Below, piece after piece: positions 25,216-40,200 of a DNA stretch of 64,000 nucleotides; within the stretch, counting starts at the first letter, position 1; each line of letters begins with the position of its first letter. The position numbers were made by a program, and so were the translations under genes. Where the stretch lies: positions 682,001-746,000 of the forward strand of contig NW_025765447.1 in assembly GCF_003918875.1 (NCBI RefSeq). The letters run 5' to 3'. The notes beneath the pieces are model-generated. The model saw nothing but the letters and a program-made list of their open reading frames with translations. It was not told the DNA's origin and ran no database searches. This stretch comes from Haliotis rubra. Lineage: Eukaryota.

Positions 25216-28200
25216 GTGTGTCTTCTTGTGTGGAAACAGACATCAGGGGCAGTGTGACAGGCCTTTAATTATATTTCACATACAAGAACCGTTTGGTAAT
25301 CTTATTTTTCCCGGACCACCAGAGAGTTCATATTAGCATACGCTGTCAAAATCTTATCAAACTACCCAAGACACTAGTACCCGCAGGGGCGTGGCGACCA
25401 TTATTAAAAAAAGCCAGGGTTTACACATGATTTTGAAATTGAAAGTTGGGCAAGTCCTCAATACTATCTACATATAAAGTTTTGCAACCTATCGGGCTTA
25501 CACGACAAAATTGGCATGCTACCCCACCTGATAAACACGTCGAAAATGAAAGATCCTCTATTATCGAAGTAGAATGATTATGAACGCCTACTGACATTTA
25601 GCATTTTCTCTACATATTTTCAGTTGAATGATGTTTAATCTTCATTTCTGTCTCAAACAATGTGGCATGTAATCGCAACTCGTTCAATGCGATCACAGCA
25701 ATCAGTGTTCATATTTAAAAGTATGTTCTATGCTGTTGATAATTATTCTTTTCAAAATTTAAAATAACAATCATTAGTGATGTGTCCAAGAATCTAACCT
25801 GACATTAATTTTGTCAGAAAGACTGGATTTTTAAATCTAACGTATAATATAAACTCACATCGGCATCACTTACACATTTTCTAAGTCCACACTATTCACC
25901 ATATTATGTTTGTTTTTGTACGCTTTGTTTTTTTCTTCCAGACACCCTCTGTTCTGCTGGAGTATCTTCAGTCTCAGTTGCCCTGTCTCTGCTCTGTGGA
26001 TCTACCTGTTACTTGTGTGGACTCAGACAAATATAATCATGCAAGGTTACATGTTGATAGACCGAACGGTTTTTCAAATATCATCAGGCAGGTTGGAGAA
26101 AGGGGAGACAACTATGGCAACTGTCCACATAGATCTTCCCATCCCACGATGCTCAACCCATCAGACCTTCTGTGTATTAATGATGACGACTTCGTAGCCA
26201 CACCAGCACATCTCCGATATCTCATAGTGCTCCAGCATGTCAAACACCTACTGTCTGCAAATGGGTAAGAAGCTTTAGAGAAACATATTGATATTATAAC
26301 ATTTCCATGATAAAATGCTCTTAGCTGTGTACCTGCAAAATCATGGCTGGGGATACCAGAAATTGGCGTTACACATTGTAAAAATGTGGGGAATCAAACC
26401 TGTATCTTTAAAGTGATGAATGATCATAGCCACATGGGTACCCCCTCCACTCCAATTGGTTACAGTAAATTACACTTCAAGTGGTTCTGGAATCTCTTTA
26501 ACATTTTTAATCTAATTATTTAATATCATATTATACCTCTAAGAGTTAAGATCAGCGGACACTTTCATAACTGGTCATGCTACTTGAAACATAGGCAATC
26601 TTAAACCAGCCAATGATTCTACTTCATGTTGTCTACCAACTTGATTTTTTGTTTTGATTTAACTGAAAGATAATTAAGAAATACACTTCGCTCTACCACC
26701 ATGTATAGTGTAATAAAACACACTTTTGCCCTGAACTATTATAGTTAAAAGCAGGACGCTTTAAGCGTCGAAAGTGCTTTAACTTTATAATAGTTCAGGG
26801 CTTAAAGTGTGTTTTATTACACTATACATGGTGGTAGGGCGAAGTGTATTTCTTTCTAAGATGCCAAATTTAATACTTTCTAAAGATAATTACGATTAAT
26901 TTAAGGCAGAAAACAAACGACGGTGTCGGTGACCTAAATTAAGAATCCTCGCGACAGGGCTAACTGGCTGTTCTATTGATGTGTCTGCCCCCTACGTTAA
27001 GACTAACGTTACCAGAAAAAACAAATGATAACAGTTTGATGACGGTTTACGTTCGGATTAAATATCTTCTCTGAATTATTTTAATTACATCTGTCATTAA
27101 CGTAAACCATATGGGGCAATATGAACGTTGCATTTCTACTAAAAGCGTAAGTTTAGATCAGTACATCCAGAGGAAGTTGAGTAGTCAAGCGACATTCCAC
27201 AATTGCATTGTGGGAATGTAAACATTGCAAACGTTACCGTGTCGCTGAAAACTTGTGAGTCAAAATGACACATTTTAACCGTCGTAAAACATAAACGTAA
27301 TGTTTCCACCAGTGATGTTAGCTGCGTGAAGCAACAGCAAACCAAGAAACTGGATGCAACGGTGTAGTTTACTGTAGGAGGCCGTACGAGGTGATGACAA
27401 CTGACATGCATCGTGACGTCGCTTACATTGTGACGTAATGTAAAATGGTTCAATTACGAGGGGGCACACTAGAATGGCGCAGTGACGGGATAACGTCATT
27501 CAATTGTTACGTCATCAAAAAACTATACCTTTATTGTCTGATAATGTTTGTTTTTTTCGATTGTTCTAACCGCTAGGCATCTTAGAATGACAAATGACAT
27601 GTCACAGATGTCATTTGTGTGAAGATGCAGCTATATATGATATAGAGCTCAGAAATGATGGGTGTATGAAATATCCACATCGATGTTCGATAATGTGGCC
27701 CTAATGGTGTACTTTTGGAATGGTCTTTTAACTTGTTTTTATGAAACAGAAATCAGAAAGCTTTCTCACTTTGGTTACTCATTCAGTGATTTCATTTCTA
27801 GAAATGCCCCCAGGTGGTAATGAAGAGAGGTATTGTTCAGGAATAAACATTCTGATTTTAATGAGATCGAAGGGGATCAGTCAAATACCAGAAGTACTGG
27901 ATTGCACTGGTCATAAACCAGTTGTACTAGATTCGACGAGTTAAAAACCAGTATTTACTTATATACTCTACCTAGAAACCTTGTCTTAATACATATGATA
28001 TAGAACCCTTAGTATGGTTGTGTCCATTACTTCCATGTTCACAGGTATCTGAGTCACCAAGTTCCTGTTGCAAGGTCAACCAAACTGTGCGACATTTCAG
28101 CATCTCTTGGACTTGATTCCTGTCAGTCAGCAGCAGAAGTTTCAGAAGATGAGAACCGTTGCCATGACATTCTGTCCAAGCTGAGAGAGTCTCAGTACAC

Positions 28201-31200
28201 TGAACAGCTGGTTTCATTGACTAAACAGAAAGGGGATAGTGAAGATGTTGATGCATCAAGTGACAGACAACATGCTGTAGTCATTAATTTGAGACATTTC
28301 ATGGATGATAACAATATAGAAGCTGGAAAAACTGGGTACGATAAGAATCTGTCTCTTGTGGATGGTGAGTCTGTTACCACGGTTACATTTTACCATGTTA
28401 AACCATATTTGTCATAATAGCTCATCGTGTCTGATTATCAAAATGACATGTATGTTAACTTTCTTATATCATGGTAAATGGTACGTTGACTCTTTGTTTG
28501 AAGATTCGGGTTAGAATTGGTCTTCAGTAACCCATGCTTGTCATAAGAGGCGACTAATGGGATCGGATGGTCAGACTCGCTGACTTGGTTGACACATGTT
28601 ATCGTATCCCAATTGCGTAGATTGATGCTCATGCTGTTGATCACTGGATTATCTGGTGCAGACTGATTATTTACCGACCGTTGCCATACAGCTGGAATAT
28701 TGCAGAGTGCAGCGTTAAACAACAAACAAACCAAACAACATGTTTTCAAATGTTTTAGAATAATGGCAGACACCGAAGTGCCTGTAGAGAGTTATCTCCC
28801 TTTACTGTTGGTCAATAAGGATTCTTTCAGTGGAAATTTTGGGTCTGACCATGGCTGAGATTGACATTCTCTTTTGTTAGAATATTCTAAGGCAGATACT
28901 CCAGCAAAATCTGCTCTTGAGAAGTCTTTATTGAGCAGTACTTTTCCATACTTTGACCTAAAACCTGCTATATGGCAATGTATCAGAAGTATGTGACAGC
29001 AAAGATGGCACAAACATATAACTAATAAGCTTCATGCCATACAGCCCTTGATAGGACATCTAGACTAACAGCTAGTCTCTGAAATGAACATATTTTACAG
29101 AAAAACCTTTTAAATTTAAATATAATAAATTATGAAGGAGCCCAGAGACTTTATTCATTATCATGCCCTTTCTGAGGTTGAAGTTGTGATCTGAAGCTCT
29201 CACATTGTACTCATTCTCTTTTAATTGAAGGGCTTCGTGGTTAAAGCGTTTGCTCATCACGTCGAAGACCCAGGTTTGATTCCCCCACATGGGTATAATA
29301 TGTGAAGCCCATTTCTGGTGTCCCCCAGCCGGGATATTGCTGGAATATCAATAGCAGCGCAAAACCATACTCACTCACTCACTTTTAACTGAAGGGAGAT
29401 GATCCCCCTCAATGTATTCCTTGTCACAGTCCTATGACTGCCGTGCACTTTTATTGGGATTTTGCACTAATTTGTCATTATTATACTGTTCAAAATATTT
29501 TTCAATACAGTTTCTAACCCCATATTTTAACCTTTTTTGAAGGGAATTAAAAATATGATAAGAAGTAAATTTAAAGCTTTTAGTGTCAGGTTGACTGTGA
29601 AAATGGACGGAAGTTTTACTTTGTCATCACTTTTGTTATATGTTCTTCTCAATAGGAATTCTTTTTTTCTAGCTGTGACGCCGTGAAATAGTTGTGACAT
29701 TGCTGATGTGGTGTTAAGTAATATTCACTCACTCACTCATTTTCTTGCCATGAATAGCTCCAATATTGCTGATGTTTCATAAGCAAAATTTACTCATTCA
29801 TTCACACACTCACTCACTCAATCATTCAGCCTATGACTTTGTAAAATAATTCCCAGTGTAGTATTGATAGAGGTGTGACAATACAGAAATTTCATGATGC
29901 GATACGTATCGCGATAGCTTGAAACGATGCGATTTGATGCATATCACGAAATGCAGTCTTTAGTTATTTTCTTTAAAAAAGTATATTTTAATAGCGAGTA
30001 CTAGTGTACATAACTGTCAGTTTCTGGTGAAAATTAACATTCTTATTAAGGTCAACGAAACATATCACGATACGAAAAAAAGTATCGATATATTTATCGT
30101 CAGATAAAGCATCATGATTATCGATACTACAATATATCATCACAGCTCTAAGTATTAATCAGCAAGTTTCGTAAAGCTGAGACTTACACATACTCTAAAT
30201 AATAATGTCGAAATAAATGTTTAGACAAGAAAACATGATAACTCAGGAATATTTGGTTCAGATTGTTCACCACAGTTACATCTCATCACCGGCTTTCACT
30301 CTGGCTGATTCTGCTCACATGTTCTCCCAGATAATAGCAATCTGGGATAATCCTTTCACTTTGGTGACAGAATGTTCATTTGTTTTCTTAATGATCATTG
30401 AAATATTTCACTCTCATAATTTATACTGTCAATACAAACAGTTTTGTAGGAATGTTATACAGCTGTGTAATGTCAATGTGGATGTCACCATGATGAACTG
30501 TTTCCACCAGCAATGGAAAGACGTGTGATCAGTGTTGCCCTCACCTCCTCTGCAGGGGTGGTGGGGTAGCCTAGTGGTTAAAGTTTTCGCTCATCACACC
30601 AAAGACCCAGGTCAGTTCCCCACAATGTGTGAAGCCCATTTCTGGTGTCCCCACGGTGATATTGCTGGAATATTCGTAAAAGCAGCATAAAACTAATCTG
30701 ACTCCTTCTCCTGCAGTGTGTCATGAAGATGGTCCCACCGACAACGTCCTACACATCTCAAGGCTACAGGAATTCGTATCACAAAAGGTAAAGGTGATGC
30801 CAGTTATACTCAAGGAGAGATGCAGATACAGATTCTACATTATTTTGACAGAGAACAGATTCTGAAGCTCATCCAATTTGGCGCTATTATAAGGTGTCGC
30901 AGTTAATCTCGCCGAGCTGCATTGCTTGGGCATTCCAAAAACCTATTCTAATTTGTTAAAATTCTGGGATGCCCCAATGTCACTCACTCACTCACTATGA
31001 GCTATCTTTGGTAAACTCCTCTTTGCTAATCAAATAGTCCATTCAGTTGCTGTAGTCATGGTTTCCAAAATTATTATAAAAGCATCTTTCAAACCCTGTA
31101 TGTAACGGTGGAGTTAGGTTTATTGCTGCACTGAACATGATATAACAGCATCTCAGAATGATGTTGGAGGAAAGCCTATCTAAGAGGTAGGTGCTACCTC

Positions 31201-34200
31201 TTTTGATTAGCAGCAAGCACCTGACTGGTACTGACAGAATTAGGAGGGGAAATGGAATTCAAACTCACAAACATGGGTTTCTAGAACTGCAAATTGCATC
31301 ACCTACAACAGCCCAGCCATACCAGCCATACATTATATCCCAAACCAGAGCCTTTGCTGTGATAATTAGACATAACTTCTAGAACTTTTGGGAAAGTAAG
31401 ATTGGTTGATTGAGTGTCACTGTAATGTTGCTTATGATATCCGGACGTGATTATTTACAGGCTGTCGTAGTATTGCAGGATTATTGTCAAGTACCATGTA
31501 CAATAAATCAAAACAAGAGTATTTCCAGTATCCCATGAATGACGCTGATGTTGTATTGCCGTAGATGGAGTCTGCTGTGCAGATGATACACCTGGTGACT
31601 GAGACTCGAGCCTTCACCCAGCAACAGACTGACCTATTGTGGAGGATTGCAGGGGTGGACGGGTTGGTGGGACAGACCCATTTTGTTCTGGGGTCAGTTA
31701 CAGGAAGGTCTGGTCAGCCATGCAGTAAAACAGCTCAGGAATTTATTCAGTAAGTATAGGGTGGAGACAGCTTGGTAGGATAATATTCGCTCCCATGAAG
31801 TTTTGAAACATTAAAACCCTATTGTGCTGGGTAGTCTTTTTTGTTTTAAAAATGAATCTGTCTTGTCGGTTAGATATCTTATTCACCTCATGTCATTTTT
31901 GTTGTCAGTTTCATCACTTGAAAGAAAAATGAGTGTAAGAATTCTTCATGATAAATGTTCAATTTTTGACATTCCCAATGTACTGGGATCAGTCATCAGT
32001 TGTAAACAATGTACAAAAGAGATTTGGAATGTCTTCAAACCTGCGTGGGCTTCCAATTTTTCTTTGTGCCTGTCTCACATCAGAATATAATCCCTAATTC
32101 TCTGATATACCTTTTAAAGCAGAATAACAGTAAGAACTTGGAACATTTTTAGGTTGAGGCTGGACCAGATGAGAGAGGCGTCCATCATGAAATATGGAGA
32201 TGAAGTTCAAGGTAAGGCCTGTTGACATAATCAGCTCATTTGATGTGGTTGAACTAAGATCTAAGTAGTTTGCACAGGATAGATTTACTACTTCTGCTTT
32301 GTAGAGGTTTGCCAACAATTAAAGTTGGTTGGTTGGGTGGTGTTGAATGCTGTAATCAGCAATATTCCAGCTATATGGCGGCACCTGTAAATGATCGAGT
32401 CTGGACCAGACAATCCAGTGATCAACATCACGAGCATACAAACGTGCGCATGATAAGAGTGACTGTTCTTTCAATAAGCAGTGGTGAGATGAAGGGTGTA
32501 TTTGTAAAAATGCCTTTGATGTGTCCGTGGTATGTCCGTGATATGTCCTTCATATGTCCTTGACATGTCTGTTATATCAATATGTCTTTGTATGTCCTTA
32601 ACATGTTCATGATATGCCCATTAGTCCTTACCATGTCCCTAACATGTCCGTATGTCCTTATAACATGTCCATATGTCCTTAAAGTCCTTAACAATGTCCA
32701 TAACTCCCTAATGTGTCCACATGTCCTTAGCATGTTCCTAACATGTCCATTAATATGTCCCTAACATGTCCTCATGTCCTTAACATGTCCATATGTCCTA
32801 AATGTGGCCTTATGTCCCTAACATGTCCATGTGTCCTTAACATGTCCTTATGTCCATATGTCCCTAACATGTCCATGTGTCCTTAACATGTCCCTAACAT
32901 GTCCTTATGTCCATATGTCCCTAACATGTCCTTAAGTCCCTAACATGTCCTTAAGTCCCTAACATGTCGCGGAAGGTCGCGGGTTTGATCCCTGACCGCG
33001 TCATACCAAAAGACGTTAATATATGGTACTTGTTGGTCCCTGCCTGGCGCTTGGCATTAATGGGTACAACAAGGACTGGTCGACTCGGAGTCAGTATAAT
33101 GTGTCTGAGTGGGGTATTCATGCTTAACTGTGGCATGGTATCTCAGTGGGCTAGCACTATAAAACCAGCTTCAGTCTGGGCTAGTACAATCAGCTGCACA
33201 TACACATACACACGCATGCACATCATCATATAAGCGAAATATTCTCAAGCACGACGTTAAACCCAATTTCACCTCACCTCACCCTATTATGTCCTTATGT
33301 CCATATGTACCTAACATGTCCATATATCCTTAATATGTCCATGTGTCCTTAACATGTCTATATGTCTTCCATATGTTCCTAACATGTCCATGTGTCCTTA
33401 ACATGTCCATATGTCTTCCATATGTTCCTAACATGTCCATGTGTCCTTAACATGTCCATATGTCCTTAATATGTCCATGTGTCCTTAACATGTCCATATG
33501 TCTTCCATATGTTCCTAACATGTCCATATGTCCTTAACATGTCCATATGTCCTTAATATGTCCATGTGTCCTTAACATGTCCATATGTCTTCCATATGTT
33601 CCTAACATGTCCATGTGTCCTTAACATGTCCATATGTCTTCCATATGTTCCTAACATGTCCATGTGTCCTTAACATGTCCATATGTCTTCCATATGTTCC
33701 TAACATGTCCATGTGTCCTTAACATGTCTATATGTCTTCCATATGTTCCTAACATGTCCACATGTCCTGAACCACAGGCAAATTGTAGCGCAAATAGGGT
33801 TGCGCAACAAAGAGAAAATGACCAGTCTTCCTATATGTGAGCGAAGCATGTCAATATCTCCTTAACATGTCCATGTACATGTTATGACCATATGTCCTTA
33901 ACTTATCCATATGTCCTTCATATGTCCATGTCCTTAACATGTCCATGTTATGTCCATATATCCATGACATGTCCATATGTCTTTGTATGTCCATGACATG
34001 TCCTTGATATGTACATGGTGTGACATTGATATGTCCTTGATCTCTGTGGACTGTGAGATATGAGCCATAAGGCACCACCTATGTTTTAGTATGACCATAC
34101 CTTTTTGTGCAGGCGAGGGATGGGAGACAACTCTGTCAGGAATGTCTTCAGCCAGTATTGCTTTTGAGATGTTGACTACAGCCAGTAGAAACAGTGTAAG

Positions 34201-37200
34201 TAACTGGTGGTGTTTACTGCTCAATACTCAGTTTTGTCTTCCTTGTTTAACTATAAAGGCATTAATATCCCAATGATGTCTATCTTTCTTTATGGGAATT
34301 CAAGGGAAGAACAGTTTCCAAAGTGAGGATGAGGTTGTTAAACTATGATTTGACTGTGTGTCATGGTACCTAAGGCAGCCATCACACACAAACTAAGGTT
34401 TGACAACACATGTTGTTCAAATTTTAAAAGTTGTCAAACTCGCGTTTTCACACGTCAAACACATGTTGTTAAAATTTCGTGTCATTTGACCGATGCCATT
34501 TTGTAGGTCAAGTTGACCAGATAACCAAAACATCATGGCACAATTTCGTTGACTGCAATTGGTTGTTTCTGAACAACACGATTTTGACAACACTTAACAC
34601 ATCAAACTCAAGTTTGACATCACCGAAAGTGTGATGGAAAAGTTGGTGAGAATAGAGACCGATCCTATTTCTCGACAACAGTTTGATCAACTTCTTTATT
34701 GTACTACTGCGACATTTCGGTGTAGATGCATGTGATGGGGAATGAGTACAGCAGGATATATATAAGGCACATGAGGGCTAACAAAGACAATGGATGATAA
34801 AACAAGATGATTAACAATGAAAACAAGCATAAATATACTAGTACATGAAATAAGCCGAGGCAAGATAACAACTAGTCTGTCGTACAGACCCTGAAGCAAA
34901 TATATCCAAGAAAGCCCACGCAAGTCTAGAAAATGTGGCAAGTCTAGATTTCCTCACCTATATGAAGAAAGTCTCAGGGCTCCTTTTCATTAGATTATAT
35001 ATTTTTTACTATGAACTTTTTTCAGTAAAATATGTTTATTTCAGAGACTAGTTGTTAGTCTAGATAACAACAAGATGAATAGGATACCAGTAGGAGTGGG
35101 AATAACTAATTAGCCGAAGGGATTAGTTAGAGAAGCCAGAGAGAGGGAGATAGGGTTAAGTAGTTTCGGATTAGGTGGTGGTAAGCAGATGGGATGAAAT
35201 AGCCCTTTTTGGGCGGTATCTTTTTATGTGTAGTGCTTCAGTCAATTTCCTTGTAGTGTCATCATGTTGATTGTTTGCTAGTGTTTTGACAGTGTCCAAA
35301 CTGATGCTATGCTGAGGAAATTTGATGATGTGTTCCGGAATGGCTGATTTGGTGTTTGAGTTGTTTGTGGATGTCTTGTTTTCTTTAATGCGAATGTTGA
35401 GTGGTCTAGATGTTTCCCCGATGTAGTTGCTGCCACCGTCGCAGCTGATGTTGTAGACCACACCCTTGGGGTGTTCTTGTGTTGCGTATGTTCTACAGTT
35501 AGCCCTAATGGTGGTTTTGAGTGGAGTGGCGGTGGTGAAGTAAGTGTCAATGCCTCTTGTTGCTGTCACAGTAGTACAATAAAGAAGTTGATCATCCATA
35601 AACACTTGTCATTCCTATCGGGTTTGAGGGTCTGAACATTCCACTCCTTAGCCACCAACACCAAAGTCAGAGTTGTTAAACTGTTGTCGACAAATAGGAT
35701 CGGTCTCTATTCTCACCATCCAGTTGATCATCCGTAAACACTTGTCATTCCTATTGCTTACAACTTCTAGAATGCCTCACAAACAGTTCTCAAACCCGAG
35801 TTTGACTATATATGTTGTCAAACTTTAGCTTGCCATGTGAAGGCTGCCTAATTCACAGAACACGAGTGATAATATCAGTCATTGTTTGCACATTTGCTTA
35901 TCCATCTGTATGTCAAGCTTTTTAAAATATCACCATTTGATGTATAAATCTATATGTAACATTGTTTAAAGGTCACATGCAACCAAAAAATCAAACATAA
36001 TTAAAACACAATTATCACTTATTCATGACATATAATATACATTGCTGGTTATGAAAAAACATATAAACAAAATTATATACTTGGGTTTACTTCCCAAGAA
36101 ACGAAGCAGCCGGGATACCGAACCCAGTCAGAGCGGGTGGGTGTGCACTCAAGTGTAACGGCTGGTTCATTTGCGGACGCCCTCATGACTCATTGTGTGT
36201 GTATATATAGAGATGCTGGGTTTTGTAAATACATGCTCATTTTTTGTGTATAACATTTTGCAATCAACAGACATCACAACATGTCATGTGTACAAGTATC
36301 ACACCTGCCTGTCTGTGTAATTACATAATGTGACAGAGACTGAACTCGGGCCATAAATCAATGCATTTTGTTTATGGTGTATAGCCTGATTGGTGTTAAG
36401 TTCAAATTGCATGTGGTCAGTGATCGCAGAACTTTGTGTATTGAATATGGTCATTAGCAGACAGGCAGGCAGACACATAGGTGTCAATAAAACAGACATT
36501 GAGTTTTGTCTGTGACAACGACATATCTATATCACAGTTAGAAATTCTGTCAATGCTAAATAATGACATTGCTTTTAAGTATCGAACTGAGAAAGTGACT
36601 CGGTAAGAAGAACGTGTGGTGAAATAGACAAATGAAATTATATAAACAGTTAATGTACTGTCATGACATATAAAAAGCTCGTGCCTGTGAAATATCAACA
36701 AAACATTAGAAAAATAGCTCACACCAAAGCCTTCACCGAGTATTCACCGGACAACCCGCTTCCAAGCTGCGCCAACCTATTTCACTGCGCACATGCTATG
36801 AGCGCAGCCCAGCTGTTGAAACCACTTGTTTTCCCCCAAGCGCTGGGGGAAAATTAGGGAATCGTTTGAACTCCGATTTCGTGCGGGTTTTTTCATCACG
36901 TTATTTTTCAACTTTATAAGTTGAATTTGCATTTTTGATGATTTGTTTCGGTAAGTCCATACCGAAAAGGTATCAGAATCTGCAAAGTTGTGTTTTACGT
37001 TGCATGTGACCTTTAAGAATACTGAAATTGAATATGCAGTGACTTCATTAGTTACTAGGAATTTTAGGTTTTAGTATTTGTATATTTACAGTTTTAACTG
37101 TTTATGTTTTAGTTAAACTTGTCTACAGATCTGCAACAGAGTCTCACATTCCTATTGGTGTATTGTTTGTACAGGTGAAGCTGGACCTGTCTGATGAGGA

Positions 37201-40200
37201 CCGTATGGGTGCAGAGAACAGAGCGGGGGCATTTGTCATGTACAACTGTGCCAGACTCTCTACCCTCTTTACTCATTTTGAGGATGCTGTGAAGAAAGGT
37301 TCAGATGTTGTGGTGGTGGTGGAATTGGGTTTAACGTCGTGCTTGAGAATATTTCGCTCATATGACGATGTGCATGCGTGTGTATGTGTATGTGCGGCTG
37401 CTTGTACTAGCCCAGACTTCAGCTGGTTTTATAGTGCTAGCCCACTGTGATACCATGCCGCAGTGAAGCAAGAATACCCCACTCAGACACATACTGACTC
37501 CGAACAGACCAGTTCTTGTTGTACCCATAAATCCCGAGCGCCAGGCAGGGACCAACAAGTACCATATTTTAACGTCTTTTGGTATGACGCAGTCGGGGAT
37601 CGAACCCGTGACCTTCCGCACTCCGGGCGGACGCTCTAACCACTACACCACGGAGGCGGTTCAGATGTTGTGAAACAGAGTAGTCTTAAATAAAGCTTAT
37701 CTTGTATAGTATTCTCTAAATCTTAGCTTAGGTCTTCTGCATGTTTTAGTTGGTTTAAGAGACCAACAAACAAAAAGAGAGTAAAATTACAAAGGACTGT
37801 TTTATCCTGGTTAGGTTTATTCGAAATTAGGTTTAATTATACAATTGATCCTAATTTTGTTCCGGTTTTTGCTCAGTACTATCAGTGTATGAAATAAAGC
37901 CCGTCCGACCGCCCCAGACGGTCTAGATTTCTGACGGACGGTCTAAATTTACAGCTAGCCAGCCCGATGGTCTGGTAAAAAATTTAGATGTTCAGTACAT
38001 CTGAGTAAATTCACCATATTTGGTCTGGTTAAATCCATTTTGGGCTGGTAACATTTTGAAGTTACCAGCCCTGATGTCTGGCTGGAATTTTGGCTATTTC
38101 ATACACAGGCGTTATATCCACATGCTCATGGATTTTACCAAAGTGGTAAATGGCAGAGACCTGCATCATTTTGGAATCCCAGCATCTCAAGCTTTTTTCT
38201 GTTTTGGAGTTGGAAGGTCTGTATATATGTATCAGTGTGTGAACACAGATGGTAAAGGGTAAATGACTATTCTTTCACTCACAATGCTGTATATCATTTC
38301 ACTTGTCCTGTTTTTCTTATAAAGAAAATCCTATGTCACTAGGAATCTACCCTCCTCTCCCGTCCATTGAAGATGTCACGTTTGAGCATCTAAAACAAGA
38401 GGTGAGTTAAATCAAACAGTGTCCTCGGATGTCAGGCACTCTAGAGCCATCAACTAACCACACTTTCATATCACTGACAGAAAAAAGTAACTGTGCATAA
38501 CATGAAATTGCATAAAATATAAGTTATTTGAAAAGTGATAAAAATAACTCGAAATAAACTTTTTCGTAACAGTGCTCTGTACATGACCTTGTATTCTTCA
38601 GGAGGAATGGGAGTTGTTGTTTAACTACATCTACCCGTACCCAGACGTCGTAGAACAGTGCGTAGAGAAACTGGCGCCCTCTACTGGAGACATACAGGCT
38701 CGCATACACACACACAAGGTACTTTATGGCACAAGGCCTCTTTGTACAGCAACCTAAGGCAATATAGAATAAGATGTGTGTGCTACATGACTACAAGCTG
38801 AACAACCACCTTTGTCTGATGAGATGAAATAAAAATATTCCATACACCTTAAAGACTACCAAGGTTTGGCTGAAAACCAGATTTGGGTTAGGATTTGGGC
38901 AGGGATATTGAAATGGCCTCCTCCTGTCAACCTGCTTGTAATGCTTCACTTCCAGAATGTAACCTAATATGCAGGGCTCCAGATAAGGGCCGTATCGGCG
39001 TATGTACGGATAAAACATATGCACGATACAGTAGGAAATAATTTGGAAAACGTAGCAGATACGCACAACGACAATGGTCCTAGAATCATTTACAGACGTA
39101 TGTATCTGAAAAAGTATTGTTTTATTGTTTATTGACCTGTTTACACAAGAGTAGCGATGTTGTGGTGCATATATGACACGAAACACAGGATTTCTGATAT
39201 GCCATTAAATTCCATTCAGTACTCTTAAGATTTTCCAGTATTGAAAAAATAAGGAGTACGTACTCTGATGTTGAAAAATTATCTGGAGCCCTGAATATGG
39301 CTATTCATGTTGTATGCACATCAGGAAAGTGCTGATGTCATCATTTCTACACAAAACTTTGCAAATTTACAAGGGTAATATTTTACAGAATGTCAGTACA
39401 TTCACAATATGTCAGCAGAAAGACTTTCGTGGAAATATGTGCGTTTTTGACATTTCATTCAATCAGTGAATGTTTTGTCCATTGTATTAGTTAGGAGTGT
39501 AATTCTAAGACAGTAATATTTTTTTCTGATTTTTATATCATGCTCAGTCACATGGCTTCAATCAACAGGATGTCAGTAGAGATCTAAACCTGACTTGATG
39601 AATCTTGGAGGAGATATCTTTACTCACAAAAATTATTTTGGATTGGTACAGATCAGCAACTTCCTTATCAGCTTCAGTCGGTGCTTGAGCTCCTATTACA
39701 GCAGAGTGCACATCCTAGGGGTGAGTTGACATCACAAGTTAAACCACTAGGGAAAGTTATGTCCATTGTTCTTGGAAGTGTTTTATTAGCATAACTGAAT
39801 AACTGCCCTAGGGCAATTATTTCTATTTAAAAACAATAAAATTGTACTTCTTTTGATAATCTTTATCATCCCTAATACATTACACGCGTATTAAATAAGT
39901 ATGCCCTCGTGGTGTAAGCCGTTTAATCACCCTCACTACAGTAGTTATTTAAATAAGCTGTGCTTGGGCTAAAGGGTGATTAACCTATACAAACCAAGTA
40001 CCTGCTACAGAACCACCATCGGAAATGAATTGTCCATGACAACATTGTCAAAATATTCCTTGATCTTTCCCAGAACCTCCTTCATGACTTCCCAATATCC
40101 TACATCAGCACTTTTCTACATCCTTCCCCTACAGTCTCCATTGGAAATCCAGTGTCATGACAACATTGTCAAAATATTCCTTGATCTTTCCCAGAACATC

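Noticed and set aside
25216-25941. miR-191/miR-425-like hairpins (hosted by mammalian DALRD3)
   Set aside because: No recognisable mature sequence or pre-miRNA hairpin seen.
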